The notes under the pieces are model-generated. The model ran no database searches and was not told the DNA's origin. It saw only the letters and a program-made list of their open reading frames with translations. Of a DNA stretch of 64,000 nucleotides, positions 1 through 13,122 are shown one piece after another. Source of the DNA: Squalus acanthias (Eukaryota); the NCBI GenBank assembly GCA_030390025.1, contig CM059432.1, positions 115,322,001 to 115,386,000 of the forward strand, in the 5' to 3' direction. Each line of letters starts with the position of its first letter. The first letter of the stretch is position 1. The position numbers and the translations under genes were made by a program.

Positions 1-184
1 GTGGATTCACTTTGAGTGGATTGGCTTCTCCCTCAAGCAATGGTCTTGTGACTAACCAAATAACTAAGAGTTGCAAAAATCTATCAAGTTAAGCTGGTGC
101 ATGATTTATGTTTTTTAACCTCTTATGTACTATGAAAAATTAAAGAAGCCAAAAATACCTAGAATAAAAGGAGTGAAAGAAACC

Positions 185-490
185 CCAAAGCGAGAGCTGG
201 GCCTGTTTCTGGCTGGGGCGGAGATCACCTCTTACAGAAGGGAATTCAGGGCCAGAGTGATCTCCTGGACTAGTTTCAATCACCTAGATGGGTCAGAGAG
301 GAATTTCCCAGATTTTTTCCCCCCAAATTGGTCTGGGGTTTTTTATCTGTTTTTTTGCCTCTCCCAGGAGATCCCATGGTTTCGGGTGGGGTGGGGAGTG
401 TATTTGTTGTGATACTCAAGGTATCACAATTGTGTGGGACAGACTGGATGGACCAGATGGTCTTTATCTGTCCATCATTGTTCATATAAT
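185..490 (+). mobile_element. CR1-type LINE 3' end fragment
   Basis: Similar to the 3' end of the LINE at 8385-9830 (aag(c/g)gagctgg... tttttatctg...tttttgcctc...gaccag). Confidence 0.5.
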
Positions 491-1195
491 AGTCTGTTAC
501 ATTGCAACTGCAATATGACATTCCATCTCAGGGGAAAAAGAAACCTGACAACTTGTCTCACTCCTGATATTAATCAATCATGAAACAGCAGGGATATTGG
601 TTGTGAAGCATTCAGCAGTTCAGATCAATCTGCACTGTCACTGGGGTTGCAGTGTCAAGGTAAGTGGAAATTATTTAGAAAATCTTATATTTTTAATACT
701 TTATGTTTCATAAATAGTTCATTAATCTTAATTTAAAAGCTTTAGATTTTAGTGGTTAAAATTTTGGGATTTAATTAAGAAATTTAATCTGTTAACTGAC
801 AGCCATAACTGCACACTGTCCTTTTTCATTCAGTGCAAAGTCTGACAAATGTGTTTCCTGACTAGATGATCTTTATATTTCTGGCATGAATAAATTAATC
901 CATTAACAGAATATGATCAGCTTGTTGAGTAATCAGCCATATGCTTGGCACACATTGTCTAGTCATTGTCTGCCCCTCACTCACACGAAAAACAATGTTA
1001 TTAAGAAACAGGGGTGTAGAAATTCGGTATCCCCCTGTAAATGGACGCAGGGATCACGATGCGATGCAATAGCAACCCACGCCCGGAGGTCTGTAGGCAG
1101 CACGTAAAATTCTGCACCTCTTAAAGAGGCATTCTGCCGACAGGATCTGCTGGAACTGATTTTGGAGGCAAGTGTGAGAAAGAAGAAGACTGAAT

Positions 1196-2027
1196 AATGG
1201 CTCAACAGGCCAGAGAAAGGGCTCCAAGGTTCTCGGATGCAGCACTGGAGGCCTTGGTCCAGGAGGTCAACTGATGGGTATGCACAATGAAATGCTTGGT
1301 GCATTGGCAGGCCTGCCAGAAAGCCTGAATGCAATGTCAAGGAGGATGGAGGAGTCCAGCTCCAGCCTTGCACAGGACTTTGAGCAGAGCTTGGAGCCCA
1401 TCCTTTCCAGTGTGGAAGGGCTGGGCAGATCCATTAACACACTTGTGGACCCAACCATCATGCAGTGTCTGATGGCTAATGTCTCAGCTTCCATTGCAGC
1501 ACAAGCACAAGCCAGCCAACGTCTGAGTGCTGCAATGGAAGCTCAGACTGAAGTCATGCAAGCTCAATCTGCTGCCGTCATGGCTGGGTTTACCAGTGTT
1601 GAAAGGGGCTTGCAGGATATCACAGCAGTCCAGCACTCTGTACTCCACCAGATTACTAGGATTGCAGAGGCGCTGCCCCGGAGGAGTGTCAATGGATCCA
1701 TGGAGGACGACCCTGCAGTCCTCTCTCAGGATGACAGCATTCGTCCTCCCACCATTGCCACACTGCCAGTGCCCTTGCTGTTGCCTGTCAGCCAGCCGGC
1801 CCAGACTGCTGCTGCCCATGCCGAGGTGGTGCAGTCCAAAACCGGGCCTACTAAGCCCAGAGCTCCTCGAGGTCGTCCTGCAAGGCCATCTGCAGTCTCC
1901 CCCCACTGAAAGTCAGCAGCCTTTCACCAGCCATGCTGCAGCCACTGGGGTCGCACTGCGTAGGAGCACTAGGATAGGCAAAGGCACACACAAGACAGAC
2001 ACTAAGGGAATGGACAAGGGTGATTAG
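1196..2027 (+). pseudogene. Harbinger Myb/SANT-like accessory gene remnant (start of exon 1 joined to exon 3 by deletion)
   Basis: N-terminal APRFSDAALEALVQEV motif; ORF 1274-1909 carries MEESSS and VLSQDDSI blocks shared with the copy at 49428-50279. Confidence 0.8.
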
Positions 2028-2199
2028 TTGATTTTTTGATGTAATATTGGATGGATAGATGGATAAAGTTTGATTGGAATGTTTGCTTTGTGGTAGCTTT
2101 CATTTCAGCATTGTGGCAAGAGGACGCTGTGATGGTCAGTAACAGAGGGAAGGTAAGGTATGGGACAAATGTTGAATGGAGAATTGGGGTTGTGTTCAC

Positions 2200-3298
2200 T
2201 GATACCACAGGCAGATGATTCCATCACGGACATCCCAGCCAGAAAGGGGCTGTCTTTTTTGCTTCCCTCCTCCTCCTGCTTCTGAGCTGCTGACCGTATC
2301 CCTGGTGGCAAGGGCTGTGCCCTCATGATAGCCAATTTGTGGAGGATACAGTAGACCATGATGAATCAGGACACCCGCTCCAGTGAGTACTGTAGGGCTC
2401 CTCCAGAGCGGTCCAGGCAGCAGAACCGTTGCTTCAGCACCCCAATGGTCTGCTCTATGATGCTCTCATTCTATGCCTGCTGGCCACGTGTGGTTGGGTT
2501 GTGGAGCGGAGTCATGAGCCAGGTGGTCAAGAGTTAGCCCTTGTTGCCCAGCAGCCCCCCTCTGGTTTGTCTTGGTGGCTCAAAGACTGAGGGAACAGCA
2601 GACTAGTGCAGAATAAAAGAATCGTGACTGCTGCAGGATACTGGGCTTTCACCATCATTATATGCTGAGCATGGTCGCACACCAACTGCACAATCAGTGA
2701 GTGGGAGCCTTTGCAGTTCTGGTACATCTCAACATTTAGATGTGGTGCCGCAAAGCCACGTGCGTGCAGTCAATGACGCCCTACACCATGGGGAAGTCCG
2801 TTATCCTGGCAAAGCCACGTACATGCTCTGTCTTCTCTCTGACCAGAAGCAGACGATGTATTCCCCTCTCCTGGCATAAAGAGCGTCTGTCACCTCTCTT
2901 ATGCAGCAGTGGACGGTGAACTGGGAGATGTTACAGATGTTGCCCACTCCAGCCTGGAAGGATCCCAACGTGAGGAAATTCAGGGCCACGGTCACCTTCA
3001 CAGCCACTGGCAGCGCTGTCCCTGCCCTGGAGTGAGGCTGCAGGTCTGGAAGAAAAAGATGGCAGAGTTCTGTGAGCACCTCCTTCGTAAAGCGCAGACG
3101 CCTCGCATACTGCTCCTGGCTCAGGTTGAGGTAAGAGAATTGCTCTCGGAAGACCCTAGCTGGGTAAGGCCTCCTGCTGAGAGCCCTTCTCCCCCTCCTC
3201 CTGCTCCCTCTGCGAGCAGCTTGTCCTCTTCTTCGCTGCCTCTGCTCCATCTCCCTGTCATGCTGCAGGCCAAGGGGGATCACAACTAGAGCACCCAT
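2200..3298 (-). pseudogene. Harbinger (HARBI1-like) DDE transposase pseudogene
   Basis: RRPYPARVFREQFSYL...RRLRF, KVTVALNF..GSFQ, VQLVCDH and [11 protein letters not shown] motifs; frameshifted. Confidence 0.9.
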
Positions 3299-4900
3299 GA
3301 CTGGGAGCAAGTGGTCTGACCAGAACCCTTGAAATCAGAAGCAAGGCCTTCTCCACTTGCAGCACCACTCCCTGTCACCTCACCAACTTTAAAGAACTCT
3401 AGAAAGCTCCAAACAGTTCCACAAACTTACACAGAGCCAGTAGAAATCAAAAAGCAAGTTACCTGAACGTTGGTGATGATCCTTTTAAATAGTGCAGGTG
3501 GGGGGTCCTTGCTGCTGCTAAACACATGTTCAGCTGTGCGAGGTTAAGGGAGGGCGTTAGCTCCAGCGTTGAAGTCGAAAATGGCAGTGCTGGAGTCAAA
3601 TCAGCGTTGTACGCTGATTGACGTCATGATCTGCCTACTTGCTATACTTATAGCGCACGCGTCAAACGGCCGCCCTACCGCCCTCACCAAGAGGGCGTCC
3701 AGCACGGCCCGCACCTGCTGCTCAGATGCCATTTTGGTCCTAATTCGGCACTCGTAGCGCCCAAATAACAGGCACTATGCAACCGAATTTCTAGGCCTGG
3801 AAGATAACATCACTGTCATTCATTAATAATGAAAGAATCCTAGAGAAAAATATAACACTGTCAGAAAAATCACCTGCTGCAATTATAAAAATGGTCTAAT
3901 TGTACTGTACAATACTTGGCAACAAAATGAACAAAATACTTAGAGTGGATACTTTGTGTTCATGATGTCTGTGCTAGTAGAAAAACTGCAAAGCACTACA
4001 GTACCGTAGTTCAAACTGGAAAAGACTGGTTACATTGTCAGATATAAAACAAACACAGCATCCGTCCAAAGATGATGCTGACAAATAGTAATGTCTGACA
4101 GGCATGTTGTGACAGATGCACTCAATCTTCTATTGTTACAAATGGAAAACCTGTTACTGGGAAAAGGACTGAATACCCCACAGTCAGCTAACATATTAAA
4201 AACATTTACAACAGCTCAAAAAAAAGTCTAAATAATTAAATAATTCTTTACTATTTTGAGCTCTAGGCCACAACTGATCTAGAATTGGAAGCCGGGAACC
4301 AAGAATTGAATTTTGGCAATATTGAGTTCTTTGATGTACTGAACTTATTGTCTAGTTCTTTAAAAAAAAACTACTTTTGAACTAACTTTGAACAATATTA
4401 CTGAAAACTGGTCAACGAAGAATGAAAAACATTACACATATGTTTAACTGAAGCGTTTACAATACGTAGGATCTAGGTGGCAGTGAGTTAGCACACATCC
4501 TTTCACCTCTGCATCTGGGTTTCCACCCAACCCAAGCTTCTGCGATATTAATTTACAGTTGTAGAATGAATAAACAGATAGTTCCTTGTGGGTGTGGATC
4601 CACAGCATGAACATGCTCAGAATCAATCAACTGTCTTACTCAATACTTCACTTAACTCAGTCAAGAGCCTTTGATGTTGGCACTAGGGGCAGAAGGTGGA
4701 AAGATTTACCATGCCTCGGTATATTACTCTCTCATGCAGTGGAAAACTTAACCCCAAACAAATTTATCAAATCATCTGACTGGATTACAGGAGCCTGCCG
4801 TTTGCACCACCACTGCCACACATAAAAGAAATATGTTAATAAAGAACACTATATTTTATATAACTTACACAGAGCAAGACAATCTGGAGGCAGTAACACT

Positions 4901-5135
4901 TTTATTTTTTAATTCATTCTCAGGATATGGGCATCACTGGCAAGGCCAGCATTTATTGCCCATCCCTAATTGCCCTTGAGAAGGTGGTGGTGAGCTGCCT
5001 TCTTGAACCACTGCAGTCCGTGTGGTGAAGGTGCTCCACAATGCTGGTAGGTCGGGAGTTCCAGGATTTTGACCCAGCGACAATGAAGGAATGGCGTTGC
5101 ACATCCAAGTCTGGATGGTTTGTGACGTGAGGGGG
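4901..5135 (-). mobile_element. L2/CR1-group LINE 3' end fragment
   Basis: Matches the 3' end of the RT-bearing element at 27308-29960 and the copy at 10785-11052. Confidence 0.75.
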
Positions 5136-5403
5136 TTGAGATGATGTTACTATCCAAGATGTATGTGTTTCTCTATACCTATATGTATATGTCACCCAGT
5201 GCCTGAATACATTGATCTAGGTCACAGCAATTTGACAGATGTGACCAAGGAAAAGAACAGAGTGAGCGAAATGGTTTTGTTTGTTCATTTTTCTCTGGGA
5301 AGGCTCACACCTCGCCTCCCTGTTCTGATGAAGGTCTGCTTCTTTAACATTAGTATTATACTACCAACTTGGTGCCAAATTTATGCCAATACTTGTGTAG
5401 ATC

Positions 5404-5866
5404 AGAAAAGAAAAAGGACTTGCATTTATATAGCGCCTTTCAAGACCACTGGACGTCCCAAAGCACTTTACAGCCAATGAAGAACTTTTTGAAGTCACTG
5501 TTGTAATGTGGGAAACGCAGCAACAAATTTGCGCACAGCAAGCTCCCACAAACAGCAATGTGATAATGACCAGTAATCTGTTTTAGATGTTGATTGAGGG
5601 ATAAATATTGGCTAAGACACCGGGAATAACTCCCCTGCTCTTCTTCGAAATAGTGCCATAGGATCTTTTACGTCCATCTGAGAGAGCAGACGGGGCCTCA
5701 GTTTAACGTCGCATCTGATAGGCGGCACCTCCGACAGTGCAGCACTCCCTCAGTACTGCACTGGAGTGTCAGCCTAGATTTTTGTGCTCAAGTCTCTGGA
5801 GTGGGATTATGAACCTACAACCGTCTGACTCAGGTGAGGTGCTACCAACTGAGCCACAGCTGACAC
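5404..5866 (-). mobile_element. tRNA-derived Deu-domain SINE (SacSINE1/AmnSINE1-like), near full length
   Basis: Reverse complement of the copy at 54511-54965; tRNA-like head, Deu core and (TTTC)n-like tail. Confidence 0.85.
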
Positions 5867-6992
5867 TAATTCAGCACCAATTTGATAGCATAACAGCATA
5901 AATTATTACTTTGAAAATTCACTTCCCTACTGTGCCTCCCATCAGATCTTGAAAACATTGCTCTGACTATGCATTCACATTGTGCTGATTTCAGTGTAAT
6001 AAATGGAGCTATGACAACCTCTCAGAAACTGCCATGCATCATGATAAGTATAAAAACTAGACAACCTATCAGTCACTACAAGCACGAGTGCTCCTCCTGG
6101 CCACACAAAATCTTTTCGCCCAATTCCAGTACCAACCTCCCCTGCCCGCTTTTTCCTCCCTTCTTTAAAGCTCCACTTCTGTCTCAGCTCCGCAGAGCAG
6201 CTGCCTGATTTCCTGCTTCAGTCCTACTAGTCAGTCCTGGACTGCTGCTTCAGCACGAGCAGCGCACCAATATTCTGACCATGAAACGTCATCGGGCAGA
6301 CATAGCCTCTGTGACACTCACCGACTACCCCATTTACGCACCAATCAAAGATGCACACAAGACTATTTTACATACTCGTATTTGTCAAAAAATAAAGGCT
6401 CCCAAGTTCAAAATCATACTGGCCAATTCAGCTCGTCATAAATAAATTGGAACTAGCTAGTTTTTTTTTTCTTTAATTTGGCTTAGCACTCATCCCTATT
6501 CCCATTCTCCACTAAAAGGGTTGAATCGCAAGAGATTGTCTTCACTTTCTAAGTCACAGCTCATAGTCGATTCATAAAATACTGATTTAGCCATGAACTC
6601 AGGAATTAAGATAGTTCCCACATTTCTCATAAGTCTTACTGTCTAGTAAGAGAACATAAGCACTTATCTTCTATAGCCATCCCTCCTAGTCATTGATTAC
6701 TGCTACAATATGATTAGGGTTTTCAGTCCTTATTGATTTTCACTGACAAATGCTTGGACTTTTTAAAAAACATTCCTAATAAATTTTTGGTGATTTCCAC
6801 CAAAAAATTTATAAAATATGCCAACTGAAGTGACTTTTACAATTTACTCAAGACTTGGCCTTGTGCACCTTTTTAAAAAAAAGCCAAACCTGAACTCAGC
6901 TGGCAAAGTTTGGAATATGACTTGTTCCAATCAAATCCTGGACTGAGTCCAATTCAATGCTCATTCCTACCCTGTTCGTCTGAAAGATGGAT

Positions 6993-7287
6993 GAAAGAAA
7001 GACAGACTTGCATTTATATAGCGCCTTTCACGACCACTGGGCGTCTCAAAGTGCTTTACAGCCAATTAAGTACTTTTTGAAGTGTAGTCACTGTTTAATG
7101 TGGGAAACGCGGCAGCCAATGTGCACACAGCAAGCTCCCACAAACAGCAATGTGATAATGACCAGATAATCTGTTTTTGTTCTGTGGATTGAGGGATAAA
7201 TATTGGCCAGAACACCGGGGATAACTCCCCTGTTCTTCTTTGAAATAGTGCCTTGGGATCTTTTACATCCACCTGAGAGAGCAGACG
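6993..7287 (-). mobile_element. Deu-domain SINE, 5'-truncated
   Basis: Closely similar to 5404-5690. Confidence 0.85.
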
Positions 7288-8004
7288 TACATGAACATCC
7301 AGACATCTTGATATCTTAAATCTGAATACTCACTCAAATAGAACCAAAGTCAACCAATTGGACCAGTTGTTTCAAATCGAAACTGCAGGTTTCTCATGGT
7401 CAGGTTAGTGTTCTCTTCTGAGTCCGTGGTTCCTACTTGCAATCACAAATTCCCTTGTTAATGCAATGGCTACATTGTAAGTGGACTTCCTTGACTCTAT
7501 GGGTTGCCTTTCTCAACTAATGGGCTACGAATTAACCAGCTACTCTCAAATTCTCCCTTTCTGCTGTTGGAAACTAAACCGGACTTGCTATAATTTACAT
7601 ATACTCACTCCTGAACCATAAAAGCCTTTTGTCGAAGCCTTTCCCTGTAGTTCCCAAACAGTGTGCAATGATCCAATTTACATATTCCATCAATTGCACG
7701 TGATGTAATGCAACATAAATGCTGCACAGCTGTTCTTCGCCAATGACCAGGGCAGTGTCCCTTTTAAAAGGTACACAACTGACTGAACATAGCTTCAGTT
7801 AATATGCTGAACTGTAATTAGCTGCTTAAAAATACACTTAAGTTACAGTATTTTAATATTTCATGATAGACACTTTTTACTAGCATTTTTAGTATGGCTC
7901 AGAGCCCACACACTGCAGTTTACTTCTATTGCAATAAGCAGGCATCTTTATATCACATTTATAGTACAAAAGACGACTTAGTCTGCTTTATATTGAGACA
8001 CATT

Positions 8005-8181
8005 GGGCCAATTTTAACCTAATCTGCTTGTTGGGAAACTGACGGGTTCGGGTGCAATGTTGGGTTTCCACCACGCCCGTTTTACTCTCCACTGAAATCA
8101 ATGGAAAGTAATATTGTACAGGGTGTAAAACCGGCATTGCATCCAATTTTCCTGCCCGGTGAGTTCGGTTAGAATTACCCC
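8005..8181. mobile_element. Palindromic MITE (Harbinger/Tourist-like)
   Basis: TIRs GGGCCAATTTTAACC / GGGGTAATTCTAACC; 3-bp TSD ATT/ATT; internal inverted symmetry. Confidence 0.7.
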
Positions 8182-8384
8182 ATTGTATCTATTTACTACA
8201 CTTGAGCTACAGTTTTCAGGGTTTCTTTTGTGGCTTACTAACAACAAAGCCTGTATCATTTAAAAATATATCTTGACAGCAAACTATTCAAGAAAGAAAT
8301 GAGAGCTGTGCAGAGCGATTGCTTGCTTATATATTTACCAGCTAGCTAGGGTCAGGGAATTTTCTCCGGGTCTGGAGGGAGGCT

Positions 8385-9830
8385 CCTGTTGTACCAATAT
8401 TCAAAAAGCGCAGCAAGTCAGAACCAGGAAATTATAGATGCATTAGCTTCTCTTTAGTTATGGGCAAGTTGCTAGAATGGATTGTTAGAGATAACTGTGA
8501 CAGAGAAGGGGTTATTAGAGATTCTCAATGTGGCTTCTGGAAAAGAAGGTATTGTCTTACCAACCTGGTTGAATTTTTTGAGGAACTTACTAGGTTGGTG
8601 GCTGAAGGTAGCCTGGGTGACACTGTATTCTTGGATGTTGAAAGAACTTTTGACAAGGTACCATGCAATAGACTACCTTATAAAATAGAATCCTGTGAGA
8701 TTGGAGGGCAGCTCTTGGGTTGGATAAGGAATTGGTTGGTCTCTCGTGGGCAGAAGGTTTATATTAATGGTAGCAGTTTTGTGTGGAGACCAGTTTCTAG
8801 GGATTGGTGTTAGGCCTATTTCTCTTCACAATCTTTGTTAATGATTAATGATTTGGATAAAGGCATTGGAGGAACAGTTTGCAGATGATACAAAGATTTG
8901 TGTGAATGTTAGAATCTTGGATGAGAAAAAAGCAACTACAATTAGATTTGGTTCAATTGGCATCTGGCAGATGTCATTTAATATCGATAAATATAGTGTT
9001 ATGCACGTAATGCCAAGTTTGTGTATGCCATGCAAGGTTCTGAACTAAAGTCTGTTTAGCAGGAAAGAGACCTGGAGGTGTATATGCATCTATAAAGGTT
9101 CAGGACCAGTGCCACAAAAAGTAAATTGAGTATTATGATGTATTACCAGAAAAATCCCATATAAAAAAAAACACGATTTTGTCCTTGTATAAAAACTTGA
9201 TTAGACTCATCTAGAGTACTGTGTCAAGTTTAATCACACAGTAGGTGATATAGAGGCCCGTGAGAAGGGTTACTAGATTCTACCTAGCTTAAAGGCCCTC
9301 AGTTACCCAATAAGCTGAGAGAGTTGGGGCTATTACTCTAGAAAAGCAGACTTCAGGAAGAATTGATTGAGATTTTAAAATAATGCAGGGACTAGTCCAT
9401 TTGAATTTGATAGGTTGGGAAGTACCAGGTAACAAGCGTATCAATTACATAAGCACAGAACTAGGTCTAGATGTCAAGAGGTTTTTCTTTTCGCAGAGGG
9501 CCATTGACCTTTGGAACAAGTTGCTTGCACAATGAGTGCAGATTCACAGCAAGCGTTCAAAAGGGAGCTGGAGGAGTTCCTGGCTGTGACTAAAATCACA
9601 GTGTTTAAAAGGTAGGTGGGATGTTGGACAATGTGCCTCATGGTCACAGTGGTCTTCTAGAACTCGTCTTGATCGCCTTTGGATGTCAGAGACTTAGTTT
9701 CCCTGAATTGGCTTTGGGTGGTTTTTATCTGGTGTTTTTGCCTCCCACAGTAGATGATATGGGTGCTTGTGAGGGTGGGGCAGTGGGGATGATAACTGTC
9801 TTGGCTAGGCTAAATAGACCAGCTGTTTCT
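8385..9830 (+). mobile_element. Degraded CR1 LINE (RT region and 3' UTR)
   Basis: CLTNLVEFFEE, TFDKVP, WIRNWL and FADDTK motifs in ORFs 8460-8813 and 8848-9048. Confidence 0.85.
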
Positions 9831-10784
9831 AAAGAGCTAACTAAATGGATACTTACTGGTCAATATCTAATTATCCAATAAGATCATTGAATCTTGAATA
9901 AATCAGGTTAACCTACATTACAATAAACAGGCTACCAATGATATGAACCTCAGGCAACTGATAGAGGGCAACTCCTGTGTTTAATTCTGAAATTCATCAT
10001 CTGTACACACTCCTAAAATGCCAAAAATACGTTAAAATAATCAATACTCCTGACATGGTTTACACAAGGGACACTCATCCTGGTTGAAACAGAAGTGAAA
10101 AAGCCAATGAAAAGTAGGCCAGTTCTATAAATACCAGGAAATAACAATATTGAATAAACTGAATATTATTGGGTAAACCTTACGGGCTTGTGCTCCTGAT
10201 GGGGAGCCTCACTCAGCAGGAGGGCAGGAGTGAAGATCAGTGAACCTGATTTGGGATCCTCCTGATCTTCTTGTCATTAAATTGTGCCAAGAACTCAAAA
10301 TCGTAAAATTTAACTCCATAAATGCTGTATATACTGTACACACATATAAAGCTATACTGTACATTGACTATCACCCCAATAGGAGAACAGATGGTTAGAT
10401 TCATGAGATCAAGCAGAAAAGACAGCCTCTGTAAAGCTACCTTGGGGAGCTATACAGAAAGTGTATTGTACGATTACAGTAAGAGGCTTGCTACAGAGAA
10501 GCCGTTTTATATGGATAATCTCTTAATAAGGGCAATAAACATATGGGTAGGTTTTCCATCCATTGGCTATGCATGAACAGAAATCTAGCAAACTATAATC
10601 CTTCACAGATTAAAATATAAAGCATCGAAGGTTCTGACTGGCTGAGAAGTGTTGTAATCTCTTCCAGTAAACACATGGAATAATATTTTATTTTAACGGT
10701 TGGCTTTTACACAGACACCAACAGTTTCATAGCCATCAGTGCGAAGTTTATACACTTCTAGGCTAATATGGAAATCATATACAT

Positions 10785-11052
10785 AATAGAGGCACATGGG
10801 AATACCATCACCTCCAAGTATCCCTCCAAGTCACACACCATTCTGACTTGGAAATATATCGCCGTTCCTTCATCGTCGCTGAGTCAAAATCCTGGAACTC
10901 CCTCCCTAACAGCACTGTGGGAGGACCTTCACCACATGGACTGCAGCCGTTCAAGAAGGCGGCTCACCACCACCTTCTCAAGGGCAATTAGGGACAGGCA
11001 ATAAATGCTGGCCTTGCCAGTGACGCCCAAATCCCATGAACGAATAAAAAAA
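10785..11052 (+). mobile_element. L2/CR1-group LINE 3' end fragment
   Basis: Same family as 4901-5135 and 29334-29960; ends in aataaaaaaa. Confidence 0.75.
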
Positions 11053-11199
11053 AGATACATTCTGTCATACTTTTATCAATATACGGCTGAGCTGAGAAAG
11101 AATGGTCATACACCTCACTGATAGTTGAAATAAACAGCCAATGTGGAGTACCTAGATCACACAGGAAAATGCTTATAGGTAAATATGAGAAATTTAAAA

Positions 11200-12950
11200 A
11201 AATGACAAAACCACAGGAGAAATTATAAAACTAAAGCTAAGGTCATAAAAAAACAAGTTTGCAAAATTGGAAGCATTTGAATTGAAGGGAAAATGAGATG
11301 TATTAGGAACAACAGAGTCTTGGTTAAACCAGAACATTTGTTGGATTAAGAGACAGGCATAACAAAGCAGGTGGCAGAGTGGCAACATGGATAAGAAGAC
11401 TTGAGATCAAGGATAATAAAAGAAAGTAATTGGGCCCGATTTTGCATTGAGCGGCAAATGAATGGCGCCAGCCATAGACTTGCACTTGCCCATAGACTTT
11501 CTATGGACTTTTGCATGGCAAGTTCCTATCAGCCAACCAGCCAAAAAATGCAGCGCCCTCTACAGGGCATCTGGGACCTGTGTGAACAAAGCAAGCAGCT
11601 GTGTATCTCCTTAACCAATCAGATTGAAGAATCGTTACTGAGCAGTGCAGTCTGAACCAGGAAGTGTAAGTTAGAATATTCAATTCAATGTCAAATCAGG
11701 TACAGAAAACAAAATAAAGTGAGGGAATGAAATATTGGATTAAGAGAGAGAGATAAAAGAGACAGAAAGAAAAAGTAAAAAAAAGTTTTATTTAAAAAAA
11801 AATTAAATCAACAATAATTAAACGCTGAAGGAATGAGACCCCACAGTTATAAAAGTTCATTTTCAGAGCCAGAGAGGTTGTTCGGCAGTAATTAAGACTT
11901 ACCACGCCATTAAAAGGATACTTACACTGTAATGGACAAGCCCTAACTTTTTCTGGCAAGTTTAGTCTGTATCTATGAGGTAAGTACAGCAACTTCACAC
12001 CATTCAATGTATTTGAATGGTGAGTCAGACGGCAAGATGCCTTTTATGGGAAGCTTCCAGAGAAGCAAGGCATCTCAGACAGCAACTTCCAGGTTTCCGC
12101 GTTTAACTGCGCACGTGAGGTCACCAGAAGTTGCCGTCCGATTTGCACATAAATAACGGTGACGCTGTTAGCTTCAACATTAATTTTACAGCAAAATCCA
12201 GTCCACTATGTTTTTTGTTAAGGACATCCTGGACAGAGGGAGAGGATAGAATGGGAAATATTTCTGCAGATTAGGGAAGTCTGTTAAATCATGGACATGT
12301 TGATTATCCGGATACATTGACGGTGAAAATAATCAAGGACAAATTAAAGAGGAGGCTTGTTTCTAGAGGAGGTATAAGATTACTTCATTACTCACTTTGT
12401 CGAACAGTCAAAGTGCTCAGTGGCTATTCTGTAACTAATGTTCAATCATGATCTAAGTATGGTAAAAGCTAAAAGCAGGGGGTCACCTCGGATTCAGTGA
12501 TCAATGTTAGAACTGAAATGCTGATGACGGTATGGAAAAAAAACCCAAAGGCACAGAAATATTTGACTTTTAAAGAGCAGCCTTTGAAGGAATCCAAAAT
12601 GATTTGGAATACAATTACTGCATCAAGATCTACAGTAGAAAATGGGGAAATATTGAAGGAAATGTTGATAAGGGTACAATTGAAATTTATTCTAGGCTAA
12701 TCAAAAACAGATGAAAGACATAAAAAGATGTAAGCTGTTCTAACAGGTTTGCTAAAAATATAAAATGTAGTATTACAGCTAAGCAGAAGGCCATCAAATG
12801 ATACAAGGATTCTAATAGGCAAGAGGATTGGGTAAAGTATAAAGACCATCACAAGCAGGTGAAAAAAGTAATGAAAAGCCAAGAGAATTGCTGAGTAAAG
12901 TAGGACAAGTGACAATTAAAGGTTTCCCAAACATATCTACAGGATGAAAG
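11200..12950 (+). mobile_element. Highly degraded CR1 ORF2 (endonuclease region) interrupted by a MITE
   Basis: GTTESWL (a TETWL-like motif) near 11305; further degenerate CR1-like sequence at 12210-12950. Confidence 0.4.
11432..12204. mobile_element. Non-autonomous Harbinger-type element (about 770 bp)
   Basis: TIRs GGGCCCGATTTTGC / GGACTGGATTTTGC; flanks ATT/ACT; subterminal hairpin (gcaacttc...gaagttgc) related to that of 21949-22692, in opposite orientation. Confidence 0.7.
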
Positions 12951-12959
12951 ATACTTCCA

Positions 12960-13122
12960 GGCTGATCTTCTGAATGCACTCTTCCGATGCAGAGCCTCAC
13001 CCACCAGGATCGTATATCGGGAAATTGCGGGTGCACGCCCCATGATTTTCAGCCCATAATAGGTGGAAAATCAAGTGGAGCATAAATGCAACTTTCCAAT
13101 ATGCACATTCAGAAAATCAGTC
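12960..13122. mobile_element. Small palindromic MITE
   Basis: Terminal inverted repeats GGCTGATCTTCTGAATG / GACTGATTTTCTGAATG. Confidence 0.55.

Larger units (their letters stand above)
1013..3797. mobile_element. PIF/Harbinger DNA transposon copy 1 (internally deleted)
   Basis: TIRs GGTGTAGAAATTCGGT (1013) and GGCCTAGAAATTCGGT (reverse complement, ending 3797); flanks AGG/TGG; convergent Myb-like (+) and transposase (-) remnants. Confidence 0.85.

Noticed and set aside
4463..4750. Possible LF-SINE-like relic (also a tRNA-like SINE relic at ~15040-15330)
   Set aside because: Only short motif resemblance (cctttcacctct); too degraded to support without an alignment
10322..10576. 84-aa plus-strand ORF as a host exon
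   Set aside because: No recognisable domain and no supporting neighbouring exons; ORFs of this length arise by chance
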